Origin: Candidatus Omnitrophota bacterium
Lineage (GTDB): Bacteria > Omnitrophota > Gorgyraeia > Zapsychrales > Fredricksoniimonadaceae
Direction of reading: 5' to 3'
NCBI GenBank assembly: GCA_021731625.1
Contig: JAKFXC010000046.1
Span: 1 to 55,726, forward strand
DNA: 55,726 nt
Made by a program: the position numbers and the translations under genes. Shown here piece by piece: positions 41,641 through 49,290 of this stretch (position 1 is the stretch's first letter; every line of letters starts with the position of its first letter). The notes beneath the pieces are model-generated. The model was not told the origin of the DNA and ran no database searches. It saw only the letters and a program-made list of their open reading frames with translations.

Positions 41641-41657
41641 GGGCCAGCCCCCTATTT
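41635..41657. terminator. Solitary family-B REP-like unit after pyrG. A self-hairpin and likely terminator.
   Basis: aaataggggccagccccctattt. Internal 7-bp stem atagggg/cccctat with loop ccagc, an A-tract before and a T-tract after. The pyrG stop TAG (41638-41640) lies inside the unit. Confidence 0.65.
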
Positions 41658-41678
41658 ATTAGATTTAAGGAAGAATCT

Positions 41679-41760
41679 GCGCGGGTGGCGGAATTGGTAT
41701 ACGCGCACGTTTGAGGGGCGTGTGCCGCAAGGCTTGAGGGTTCAACTCCCTCCCCGCGCA
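41679..41760 (+). tRNA. tRNA-Leu (anticodon GAG), type II with a long variable arm. CCA is not encoded.
   Basis: Folded by hand. Acceptor GCGCGGG/CCCGCGC. D-stem GCG/CGC with a GG loop. Anticodon stem CACGT/GCGTG with loop TT-GAG-GG. Variable arm gcc-gcaa-ggc. T-arm GAGGG-TTCAACT-CCCTC. Discriminator A. Confidence 0.9.
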
Positions 41761-41786
41761 TTAATATTAGTTTTTTGGCAGGTAAT

Positions 41787-42494
41787 ATGACCAAACCCAT
41801 TGAAATCTCCGCCAGTATCCTCGCTGCCAATTTCGGCCGCCTCGCCGAGGAGGTCAAAAACGCCCAAGCTGCCGGCGTCGACCGCTTCCACATCGACTGC
41901 ATGGACGGCCATTTTGTTCCTAATCTTACCATCGGCCCTTTGATGGTCGAAGCCATACGCGCCCACACGAAACTTCCCCTTGAAGCGCATTTGATGATCG
42001 AGCATCCCGGCCAGTACATTGAGTCCTACGCCAAGGCCGGGGCGGACATCATTCAAATCCAGGTGGAATGTTATGGGGAGCGCCGGGCGAGCAGCCGGCA
42101 ATGGAACCAGTGGCCTAAGGAAGTTGACAAGGTGGATGCCAAACCTCTGCGGGCGGATTTAAAACGCATCAAGGCGCTGGGGAAAAAAGCATTCATTGTG
42201 ATCAACCCCGGGACCCCGCTTATTACGGACGTTTTGGATGACTGCGACGGGGTGCTCATCATGTCCGTCAATCCCGGCTACGCCGGGCAGAAATTTATCC
42301 CCTTGGTCCTGCCTAAGATATTGCAACTGCGCAAAGACTTCAAAGGGGACATTGCTATTGACGGGGGGATCAATGCCGAAACCGCGCCTTTGGCTGTCGC
42401 CGCCGGTGCGCGGGTGCTCATCACCGCCAGCTTTTTCTTTGGTGCCGCCGACCGCGCCGAAGTCATCCGCAACCTAAAAAGCCTCAATCCTTAA
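41787..42494 (+). CDS. rpe: Ribulose-phosphate 3-epimerase (with an internal insertion of about 20 aa).
   Basis: ..ISASILAANFGRL.., metal ligands FHIDCMDGHFVPN, EAHLMI and AIDGGI are present. ..MSVNPGYAGQKFIP... The ATG at 41787 is preferred over the TTG at 41775. Confidence 0.92.
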   Translation: MTKPIEISASILAANFGRLAEEVKNAQAAGVDRFHIDCMDGHFVPNLTIGPLMVEAIRAHTKLPLEAHLMIEHPGQYIESYAKAGADIIQIQVECYGERRASSRQWNQWPKEVDKVDAKPLRADLKRIKALGKKAFIVINPGTPLITDVLDDCDGVLIMSVNPGYAGQKFIPLVLPKILQLRKDFKGDIAIDGGINAETAPLAVAAGARVLITASFFFGAADRAEVIRNLKSLNP

Positions 42495-43420
42495 ATTTTC
42501 CGCTGGTCCCGCACAAAATTGCTTTTTTCTACTTGTTTGGCAAATTTCTTAAGATCAGCGCCGATCTCTCCGATTTGCGCGACGTGGGAAATTTTCTGAT
42601 CGCGGTTGCTGACAATGCCGATGGAAATGGAGACCAACCCGGCTTTGGTCTCATTGCCCTGCCGGTCACGCCCGGAAATAAACCCCGCTTGCCGGTCCTC
42701 CTCTTTATAAAACGAGGGGGCCACGGCATCGAAGGCGTTGATCACGTTTTCACTTACCGCATCGGCCTTGCTGTCGTCGCAAACAAAAACAAAATCGTCG
42801 CCCCCGATGTGACCGACAAAACCTTCGGATCCGGCAAGGGTTTGCACCGTATTGATGAGGATGCGGGCGGTATGGCGGATGACCTCATCCCCTTTTTCAA
42901 AACCATATTTGTCGTTATAAATTTTAAATTTGTCCAGGTCCGCATACCCGACGGCGAAAATGGTGCCGGAGTTGATGCGGTTTTGCAGTTCTTCCATGAC
43001 CGATGTGTTTCCCGGCAACAGGGTCAGCGGATTGGCGTCGAGGGAGCGCAGGGTGCGTGTTAAAATCATGCGGATACGGGCCAGCAAAGCTTCCGGTTCA
43101 AAAGGTTTGACCAAATAATCGTCGGCCCCGGCCTCGATGCCGGCGACCATGTCCTTGACTTCGCCTTTTCCGGTGAGCATGATGACCGGCAAATGCCGCA
43201 GCAAAACGTCCTTGCGCAACTCCCGCACAAACTGCGGCCCGTTCATCACCGGCATCATGTAGTCGGTGATCACCAGGTCTGGGGACTTGGATTTGGCCAG
43301 CTCCAGTCCTTCTTTGCCGTTGGCAGCGGAGATGACGTTGTAGAGTCCTGAGAGACTTAAGTTCAGGACATCCAGGATGTCAGGGTCGTCGTCGATAATC
43401 AGTATTTTTTCTTGGCGCAT
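42491..43420 (-). CDS. Response regulator: REC domain plus a GGDEF-type cyclase domain with the variant GGDDF motif.
   Basis: REC: KILIIDDDPDI..DLVITDYMMPVMNG..MLTGKG..KPF. Cyclase: ..ADLDKFKIYNDKYGFEKGDEVI..GHIGGDDFVFV... No RxxD I-site lies upstream of the motif. Confidence 0.88.
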   Translation of the reverse strand: MRQEKILIIDDDPDILDVLNLSLSGLYNVISAANGKEGLELAKSKSPDLVITDYMMPVMNGPQFVRELRKDVLLRHLPVIMLTGKGEVKDMVAGIEAGADDYLVKPFEPEALLARIRMILTRTLRSLDANPLTLLPGNTSVMEELQNRINSGTIFAVGYADLDKFKIYNDKYGFEKGDEVIRHTARILINTVQTLAGSEGFVGHIGGDDFVFVCDDSKADAVSENVINAFDAVAPSFYKEEDRQAGFISGRDRQGNETKAGLVSISIGIVSNRDQKISHVAQIGEIGADLKKFAKQVEKSNFVRDQRKI

Positions 43421-43427
43421 GGGGTCC

Positions 43428-44963
43428 TTACATGGTTTTGTATGGTTTTACACTCTCATAGGCCTCTGCCGAGGAGGGCAGGGTAAACGAAAAGGTGGTG
43501 CCAGAGCCGACCTGGCTTTTGACCGCTATGTAACCGCGATGCGCTTCCACGATGTTTTTTGCCAGCGTCAACCCCAAGCCGGTGCCTTTGACGTTCTGGT
43601 TGATTTCATTGTCCACCCGGTAAAATTCATCGAAGAGTTTTTTCAAATCATCCGGGGCAATGCCGATCCCGGTGTCCATCACATGAAAAGTCAAAAACCC
43701 TTTATCCAGGACCGGTGACACCGAAATGGTGATGGTCCCACCCTTGGGAGTGAATTTGACCGCATTATTGAGCAGATTGATAAAGACCCGTTCGGCTTGG
43801 GGAAGATCAAGGTAAAAATGGCTGATGGAGGGGGGGATATTGAGTGCGACCTTGACTTCTTTGTCTTTCATCTGCGGCCCCAGGATATCCACCACATTGT
43901 CGAGCACGGCCTTGACCGAATACAGACCAAATTTCATTTCCACCCGGCCGGATTCAATGCGCGCAATGTCGAGCAGGTCATTGATCAGTGCCACCAAGTT
44001 GTCGGAGTGCGAATTGATTTTCCCTAAGCGTTCCTTGACCGCGTCGGGGATCTCCCCGATTTTTCCGGCCATGAGGATGGCGGCATACCCTTTGATGGAC
44101 GTCAGCGGCGTGCGCAGCTCATGCGACACCGCCGAAATAAATTCCGATTTTTTGCGGCTGACATCCTCGACTTGCCCCAACGCCGTGGCCAGCTGTTTGG
44201 TGCGCTCTTTGACTTTGAGTTCCAGCTCCTGGCTGGAACGAAACACCTTCTCAAAGAGCTGGGCATTCTCCAAGCTTTGCCCGATCTGCCCCGCCAAAAT
44301 GCTCACCAGCTCCTCGTCGCCCTGGGTGATGACCGGCGCGTTGTAGCGGTTGCCGACAAATATAAAACCAATGGTGCCGTTTTGGGTCAGAATGGGCGCC
44401 AGGACAAAATGTTCGGCGGCAAAAATGGCCACGATTTTTTCTTTCGTCTGGCGTGAGGAATTGCCGGAAGAAAACGCGTGGCTTTCATTCAGTGCGGTCT
44501 TTAAGTGCTCGTCTTGTTCAAAACGCCTAAGCATGTCGGGGATCTTTTCCTCGACGATGCCGGTGCTGGTGCGCCGGTACAAATGCCCTTTTTCGTTGAT
44601 GGTGGACACCAGGACCATGGAGAACCCCAGCTCCTCAAAAAGTTTGGGGTTGAGTTTTTGAAAAATTTCCGACTCATTGAGGGCCTGGCTGATTTCCCTC
44701 GACGTTCTTTGCAGGGCAATGATGCCGTTTAAGCGTTTGTCGAGTTCTTCCTGGGCCTTGTTGAGTTCCAGGTCGGTGCGCACAATCAACTTGGCTTGCT
44801 CATCCAATTCGTTAAAGGAGCGCATCAGTTTTTCATGCCCGGCTTCCATGATCTGGATGGCTTTGGTCTTGCTCGAGAGGGTGGTGCCCAGGTAATAAAT
44901 CACCCCCAGAAGGATAAAGATGGCGATCGGGCCCAACATCAATATTTGATCGGTCCACGGCAT
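43428..44963 (-). CDS. Sensor histidine kinase (N-terminal TM, coiled coil, GAF, HisKA, HATPase_c).
   Basis: H-box FISAVSHELRTPLTSIKGYA. N-box NLLNNAVKFT. G-boxes DTGIGI and GTGLGLTLAK. GAF-like ..GTIGFIFVGNRYN..DEELVSILAGQIGQSLENAQLF. Confidence 0.9.
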   Translation of the reverse strand: MPWTDQILMLGPIAIFILLGVIYYLGTTLSSKTKAIQIMEAGHEKLMRSFNELDEQAKLIVRTDLELNKAQEELDKRLNGIIALQRTSREISQALNESEIFQKLNPKLFEELGFSMVLVSTINEKGHLYRRTSTGIVEEKIPDMLRRFEQDEHLKTALNESHAFSSGNSSRQTKEKIVAIFAAEHFVLAPILTQNGTIGFIFVGNRYNAPVITQGDEELVSILAGQIGQSLENAQLFEKVFRSSQELELKVKERTKQLATALGQVEDVSRKKSEFISAVSHELRTPLTSIKGYAAILMAGKIGEIPDAVKERLGKINSHSDNLVALINDLLDIARIESGRVEMKFGLYSVKAVLDNVVDILGPQMKDKEVKVALNIPPSISHFYLDLPQAERVFINLLNNAVKFTPKGGTITISVSPVLDKGFLTFHVMDTGIGIAPDDLKKLFDEFYRVDNEINQNVKGTGLGLTLAKNIVEAHRGYIAVKSQVGSGTTFSFTLPSSAEAYESVKPYKTM

Positions 44964-44968
44964 GGCGT

Positions 44969-46147
44969 TTAATCAATCGCTAAAATAGTGATGCTTTCGT
45001 TTTGGATATGGGTGGTATTGGTTATATAGTCAGAGGTGATCGGAACGATTTCTCCGAACGCATACATGCCGATGAGCGGGGTGGTGTATCCTAGAATTTC
45101 CTTGATGGCCAGGATTTCTGAAGAGGCCTGGTTCCTGAAAATTTTATAGCGGGCCGCCGATTCGATGATCAGGATCAATTTTGCCTGGCGCCCTCCGAGC
45201 ATATCCTTGACTTGATTGGCCGTGGCGGCCGCCGCGTTGCGGCAGGAGTCGCGGTTGCCGATCATCAAATGCACCTCCGCACCCTCGGGGACGTCTCCTT
45301 GACATACAATACTCCCGTCCGCAAGTATGTCAATCGCATTTTTAAGCAAGTATTGCCTTTGTTCCTCAATATAAATGCCCAGCGGGTAAAGGATGGCGTG
45401 GGATGAAAAAACCCCTTTGGTCAAACCCTCGGCGTCCGGCCCAAGGTAATCCTTATAAATTTGTATGGCAGGCACGTCATCGATGGTTTGAATGATGTTG
45501 GACCTGGCCTTGGTAATGGTGCGGGGTTTGCCCAGCGGTTTAAACCCGTGCTTGCAGGACCAGGCGATGTGCGCACCGGAGATGAGGACCCCGACGGCAT
45601 GTTGGGTCAAGACTTGCTGTTGAAAAAACTGGCATACTTTTTGAAATTGGAAATTGTCGCTGCTGATCGCGCCCAGCAAGGGGACGCCGAAGCCGAACAC
45701 TTCCTGGGCCCCGCGGATAAATAAAGAATTATTAAAGGCATGGTCGGTGAATAAGAAGCAGGCCTGGTGCTGCGGAGATTTGCAGTCCGCATTGATTTTT
45801 CGTCCCCATTCAAACCCGGCATCGCGGGGCTCAGACCGGCGGTCCAAGGCCCGGCTGGCAATGCCGAAGGTCATCTCCATGGAGTTCACGGCGAGGATGC
45901 CGATGCCGCGCGTGAAAACTCCTTCGGAAAGGATCACTCCCGCGGTGGAGGATCCGACCAGCCGGCGCGGCTTTAGAATCGTGTGGATGACGTTGAGGGC
46001 CTCGATGGTCGCGTAGGTGGGCGAGGCAAAAACAATCACCAAATCGGTTTGAACGCAGTTTAGTTTGGTTTTGACAGCGACGCAGGCCTGGTGCGCGGCT
46101 TCCTGCACATCTGCCACCTGGCTGAAGCTGACCGCAATGTGAGACAT
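44969..46147 (-). CDS. FIST-domain (FIST_N plus FIST_C) sensory protein.
   Basis: Typical FIST layout: ..DLVIVFASPTY..LVGSSTAGVI.., ..PLLGAISSD.., ..GKPRTITKARSNIIQTIDDVPAIQIYKDYLG.., ..LILIIESAAR..GMYAFGEI. It lies 5 nt upstream of the kinase gene. Confidence 0.7.
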   Translation of the reverse strand: MSHIAVSFSQVADVQEAAHQACVAVKTKLNCVQTDLVIVFASPTYATIEALNVIHTILKPRRLVGSSTAGVILSEGVFTRGIGILAVNSMEMTFGIASRALDRRSEPRDAGFEWGRKINADCKSPQHQACFLFTDHAFNNSLFIRGAQEVFGFGVPLLGAISSDNFQFQKVCQFFQQQVLTQHAVGVLISGAHIAWSCKHGFKPLGKPRTITKARSNIIQTIDDVPAIQIYKDYLGPDAEGLTKGVFSSHAILYPLGIYIEEQRQYLLKNAIDILADGSIVCQGDVPEGAEVHLMIGNRDSCRNAAAATANQVKDMLGGRQAKLILIIESAARYKIFRNQASSEILAIKEILGYTTPLIGMYAFGEIVPITSDYITNTTHIQNESITILAID

Positions 46148-46187
46148 AAAATCATTTTATCGGAGGCCTTCGGCAGGGTCAATGCGC

Positions 46188-47108
46188 TTAAAGCTTTTTA
46201 TACAAGCCGACTAGCAAAAGCACCAGGACGGAAACGGCGGCCATGCCGGAGACGATCCAAAATGAATGCGTAGAGCCGTCATGCGGCAGCGGGAGAGTGA
46301 CGTTCATGGAGAACAGGCTCACGACCAGGGTGGGGGTCATGATGCAAATGGACACCACCGTGAGCCGTTTTAGGCGGATATTGAGGTTATTGTTAACAAT
46401 GGAGGCCCAGGCGTCGGTCATGCCTGAGAGCACTTCTAGATAAGAGTCGGCTTGCTGGTAACACTGGCTGCTCTCGATGGTCAGGTCGTCTAGGAATTCT
46501 TGCACTTCCTGGTCGAAGGTCAGTTTGAGAGAGTTCATCTTCAGCCGTTCGATGACCTTGCTGTTGGAATTGATGGCGTCCAGATAATAGACCAGGCTTT
46601 TACTTAATTTAAACATGTGCAGCAGATCTTTGTTGGAAATGGCCTCATTGATGGCATGCTCGAGTTCTTCCGAAATTTTGCGGATGACGCGCAAGTGCTC
46701 TTCAAAGTGGACCACGCAATAAAAAATGATCCTTAAAAAAATATCGCGCACCGAGTGCATGCGCGAAAAAATTCGCGCCTCCCAGGTCAGGCTTTCGTCG
46801 CTAATGACTAAAACAAGTTTGTCTTGAAACAAGAAAAGTCCGGCGGACGAGACTCGGAAAATAAAGTTGTCGTTGACGTTGTATTTCTTGGGCCTTTTGA
46901 TAATGACGGCCAGGTGGTTGGCCTCGAATTCCACGCGGCCTAATTCTTCTGGGTCCAGGCTAGAGTTGAGGGTGTGGCTGTCAATGCACAGCTCACCGGT
47001 CAGGTAGGCTTTTTCCTTGTCATCAGGGTTAATGTAGACAAAGAATTGCGCATCGCCTTCGGCGATTTCAGCCAATTTTCCGTCTGTCAGTTGAAATTTC
47101 TTCAGCAT
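46188..47108 (-). CDS. CorA/ZntB-superfamily divalent-cation channel homolog with a non-canonical SMN motif.
   Basis: About 300 aa with a soluble N-domain and two C-terminal TM helices (..LTVVSICIMTPTLVVSLFSMNV..FWIVSGMAAVSVLVLLLVGLY). LFSMNV occupies the position of the canonical YGMNF. Confidence 0.65.
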   Translation of the reverse strand: MLKKFQLTDGKLAEIAEGDAQFFVYINPDDKEKAYLTGELCIDSHTLNSSLDPEELGRVEFEANHLAVIIKRPKKYNVNDNFIFRVSSAGLFLFQDKLVLVISDESLTWEARIFSRMHSVRDIFLRIIFYCVVHFEEHLRVIRKISEELEHAINEAISNKDLLHMFKLSKSLVYYLDAINSNSKVIERLKMNSLKLTFDQEVQEFLDDLTIESSQCYQQADSYLEVLSGMTDAWASIVNNNLNIRLKRLTVVSICIMTPTLVVSLFSMNVTLPLPHDGSTHSFWIVSGMAAVSVLVLLLVGLYKKL

Positions 47109-47150
47109 AAGCTTATAAATCTAACATATGAACTAGGGGGATACAAGGTT

Positions 47151-47220
47151 AAAAAGTAGGGACAACTCCCTATTAATCGGCAGTTTTAAAAGATAATTAA
47201 TAGGGAGTTGTCCCTACTTT
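47151..47220. terminator. Long inverted repeat (family-C, related to family-B). A bidirectional terminator between the OMP gene and the corA-like gene.
   Basis: aaaagtagggacaactccctattaat (47151-47176) and its exact reverse complement (47195-47220), with an 18-nt loop. A/T-runs flank both sides. It shares the core TAGGG-N-CCCTA with family B. Confidence 0.8.
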
Positions 47221-47221
47221 T

Positions 47222-48166
47222 TTACCATGCTATCCGCGCCGCCAGGGTCCAGGTGTAGTCTAGCTCTTGATGCAAACCGCCCATGTTTTGGTAGGCGGGG
47301 AACAGGATTGAAGCGAGCAAAGTGGTCTGGCCGCCGCGCATGGTGACGAGCGGCCCTCCCAAAATGCGCTGCCCGCCGCTGTCGGGGTTTTTTAGACCGT
47401 TGTGTTTTTCCTTCCAGGAATTTTGATAAACCACATCCCCGCCGACCCTGACCTGCACTTTGCGGTTGGCTGAACTTAATAGATACGTGGACGCCACGGA
47501 GGCGGTGAGGGCGTTCCCGAATTTAAAATCGTAAGCACCCTCGGTATTGATCACATAAGACACATTGCCAGCCACCTCCCAACGGTCGGTGTTGGCTTTG
47601 TAAAATCCTCCCACGATATAATCAAAAGACCCTGACCCCGGCTGCAATTCTGGTTCAAACTTGGTGCCGGCGGTATTTTTTTCGCCCCGGTATCCGGTGG
47701 GAAATTTGATGCCTGCCGCGGCCCCCACGCACTGCCTGCCGAATTTCCATAACGGGTGGGTGGAGAGAAGAGTGGTGTCCCCAAAACCTTCGGAACTCTG
47801 TTTTTTTCCGAGTGTGGCATGGCTGTCAACCTCGAGGGACCGTCGGATGATGTACGGCGTCTCTACGGTCACGGACAGCCCATCACTAAAGTTCGCACCA
47901 AAAATAAAATGGTGAAAGTCCTCCGTGGTTTTGTCGTGCACTTCGTGTCCCGCATGATGCAAACTGTGGGCCTCGCCTAGGTCCATGCGGTCATAGTTTT
48001 TCTGCTCGAAAAAGTATTCGAAAAACCATTTTTGATCTTGGCTTTCTGTGCGCACAGGATTGTCCTTGCCCAGCCGGGTGATCAGGCACGATTCGCAGGC
48101 CTGCACCAGATGCACCGGGCACACCCACAGAATTACAAGTAAAATGAATGGAATGGATTTAGACAT
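47222..48166 (-). CDS. Outer-membrane beta-barrel protein (MetA/phenol-degradation-like transporter family, tentative) with a Cys/His-rich N-terminal segment.
   Basis: Signal peptide MSKSIPFILLVILWVCPVHLVQA|CESC. His-rich ..EAHSLHHAGHEVHDKTTEDFHHF... Alternating beta-strand pattern. C-terminal ..TLAARIAW (aromatic terminus). SD GAGGAG lies 4 nt before the ATG at 48166. Confidence 0.7.
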   Translation of the reverse strand: MSKSIPFILLVILWVCPVHLVQACESCLITRLGKDNPVRTESQDQKWFFEYFFEQKNYDRMDLGEAHSLHHAGHEVHDKTTEDFHHFIFGANFSDGLSVTVETPYIIRRSLEVDSHATLGKKQSSEGFGDTTLLSTHPLWKFGRQCVGAAAGIKFPTGYRGEKNTAGTKFEPELQPGSGSFDYIVGGFYKANTDRWEVAGNVSYVINTEGAYDFKFGNALTASVASTYLLSSANRKVQVRVGGDVVYQNSWKEKHNGLKNPDSGGQRILGGPLVTMRGGQTTLLASILFPAYQNMGGLHQELDYTWTLAARIAW

Positions 48167-48222
48167 AATTCTCCTCATAGGGAAGAAAAGGTTGTTGGCA
48201 AGGTATGTGTGACAGACGAGAC

Positions 48223-48573
48223 TTAAGCTTTTGGGACCGGCTCGATGGATTTGCTAACGAGGAGAGAGTAATGATGCGTCAGCCAGCGTGGAAGTTTGGC
48301 AACGGGGGAGGCGATTTGGAGCACGAATCGTTCAGCCAGCAACTCATTTCCCGCGCCGGAAGGGGCCGGCTCTTTGTGAGCGCTGCCCTGTGCCGTCACC
48401 AGCATTGGTTTGCCGGGCTGACTGGGTTTGCCTTTAGCTGCTTGATGCAGACATAGGCAAATGGCCCGTTGGCCGCCGCAGGTTTTTTGCTCCTGCGCGG
48501 GTTTTATATACACGCCCAGCGGCACGAGCCAAACCATAACTGCCAACAAGGTGGATGATGCGACGATCTTCAT
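48223..48573 (-). CDS. Small hypothetical exported protein with Cys residues.
   Basis: ATGA overlap with the upstream gene's stop. N-terminal MKIVASSTLLAVMVWLVPLGVY, then ..CGGQRAICLC... No recognisable domain. Confidence 0.45.
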   Translation of the reverse strand: MKIVASSTLLAVMVWLVPLGVYIKPAQEQKTCGGQRAICLCLHQAAKGKPSQPGKPMLVTAQGSAHKEPAPSGAGNELLAERFVLQIASPVAKLPRWLTHHYSLLVSKSIEPVPKA

Positions 48574-49283
48574 GAGCTATTTTTTTTGACCTGGCGGTCC
48601 GGACTAAAATAAATCACCCCGGGCTCCACCACAGTTTGTTTAGGAACAATCGCCCCGGCGGCAATGATAGCACCGTCACCAATCACTACGCCGGGCATAA
48701 TGACCGCATTCAATCCGACGATGACTTTCTTTCCAATGTTCACTTTGGCCAGACGCAAGCCTTGGGATTCAAAGGAATGGCCGATCACGGTGGCGTTCCC
48801 GCCGATGACCGCATGGTCACCAATCTCCAGCAAGGAGTGGTCAGCCACATTTTTGGAGTTGATCTGGACATTGAGGCCCACCCGGGCGCCCATCAGCCGG
48901 TAAAACAAGTTACAAAAGGGGGTCAGCAGCGTAAACTCGATGAATACCGTGCGGACACTCAAGAACAAGGCATTGACAAAAAACCACTTGAGCATTTCCG
49001 TTGAGCCGATTTTATAATGGCCTTCCCGCAAGCGCAGGCCTGACACCGTGCGCAGAAGGCCCACGGCGAGCATGAGGGTGAGGCCAAATAGAAAATATCC
49101 GCCGGCCGCTGCCATGCAAGTCCAAGTCACTTGGACGACGAATTCCTTGCCGGCGTTGTTTAACCAGACCGCAGACACGAACAGCACCGCCGGAACCAGC
49201 GAAATCCCTATGACCACGGCACCCAGAACGTAGAGCGCCAGGGTCAAGATCATCTGACTGAGGGAGAGCACCAGCGATTTCAT
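48570..49283 (-). CDS. Membrane-embedded hexapeptide-repeat (left-handed beta-helix) acyltransferase-like protein.
   Basis: Several N-terminal TM segments, then LbH repeats: ..GARVGLNVQINSKNVADHSLLEIGDHAVIGGNATVIGH..VNIGKKVIVGLNAVIMPGVVIGDGAIIAAGAIV... The start is uncertain (49283 is preferred; the track start 49364 would overlap the upstream gene by 74 nt). Confidence 0.7.
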   Translation of the reverse strand: MKSLVLSLSQMILTLALYVLGAVVIGISLVPAVLFVSAVWLNNAGKEFVVQVTWTCMAAAGGYFLFGLTLMLAVGLLRTVSGLRLREGHYKIGSTEMLKWFFVNALFLSVRTVFIEFTLLTPFCNLFYRLMGARVGLNVQINSKNVADHSLLEIGDHAVIGGNATVIGHSFESQGLRLAKVNIGKKVIVGLNAVIMPGVVIGDGAIIAAGAIVPKQTVVEPGVIYFSPDRQVKKNSS

Positions 49284-49290
49284 ATAGACC

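Noticed and set aside
41609-42019. A minus-strand 136-aa ORF spanning the pyrG-rpe intergenic region.
   Set aside because: It overlaps the hand-folded tRNA-Leu(GAG) and the 5' part of rpe, so it is a shadow ORF.
42491-42494. The convergent rpe and response-regulator genes overlap by 4 nt at their stop codons with no terminator hairpin between them.
   Set aside because: It is real in the sequence but a common compact-genome arrangement, and no further structure was found to interpret.
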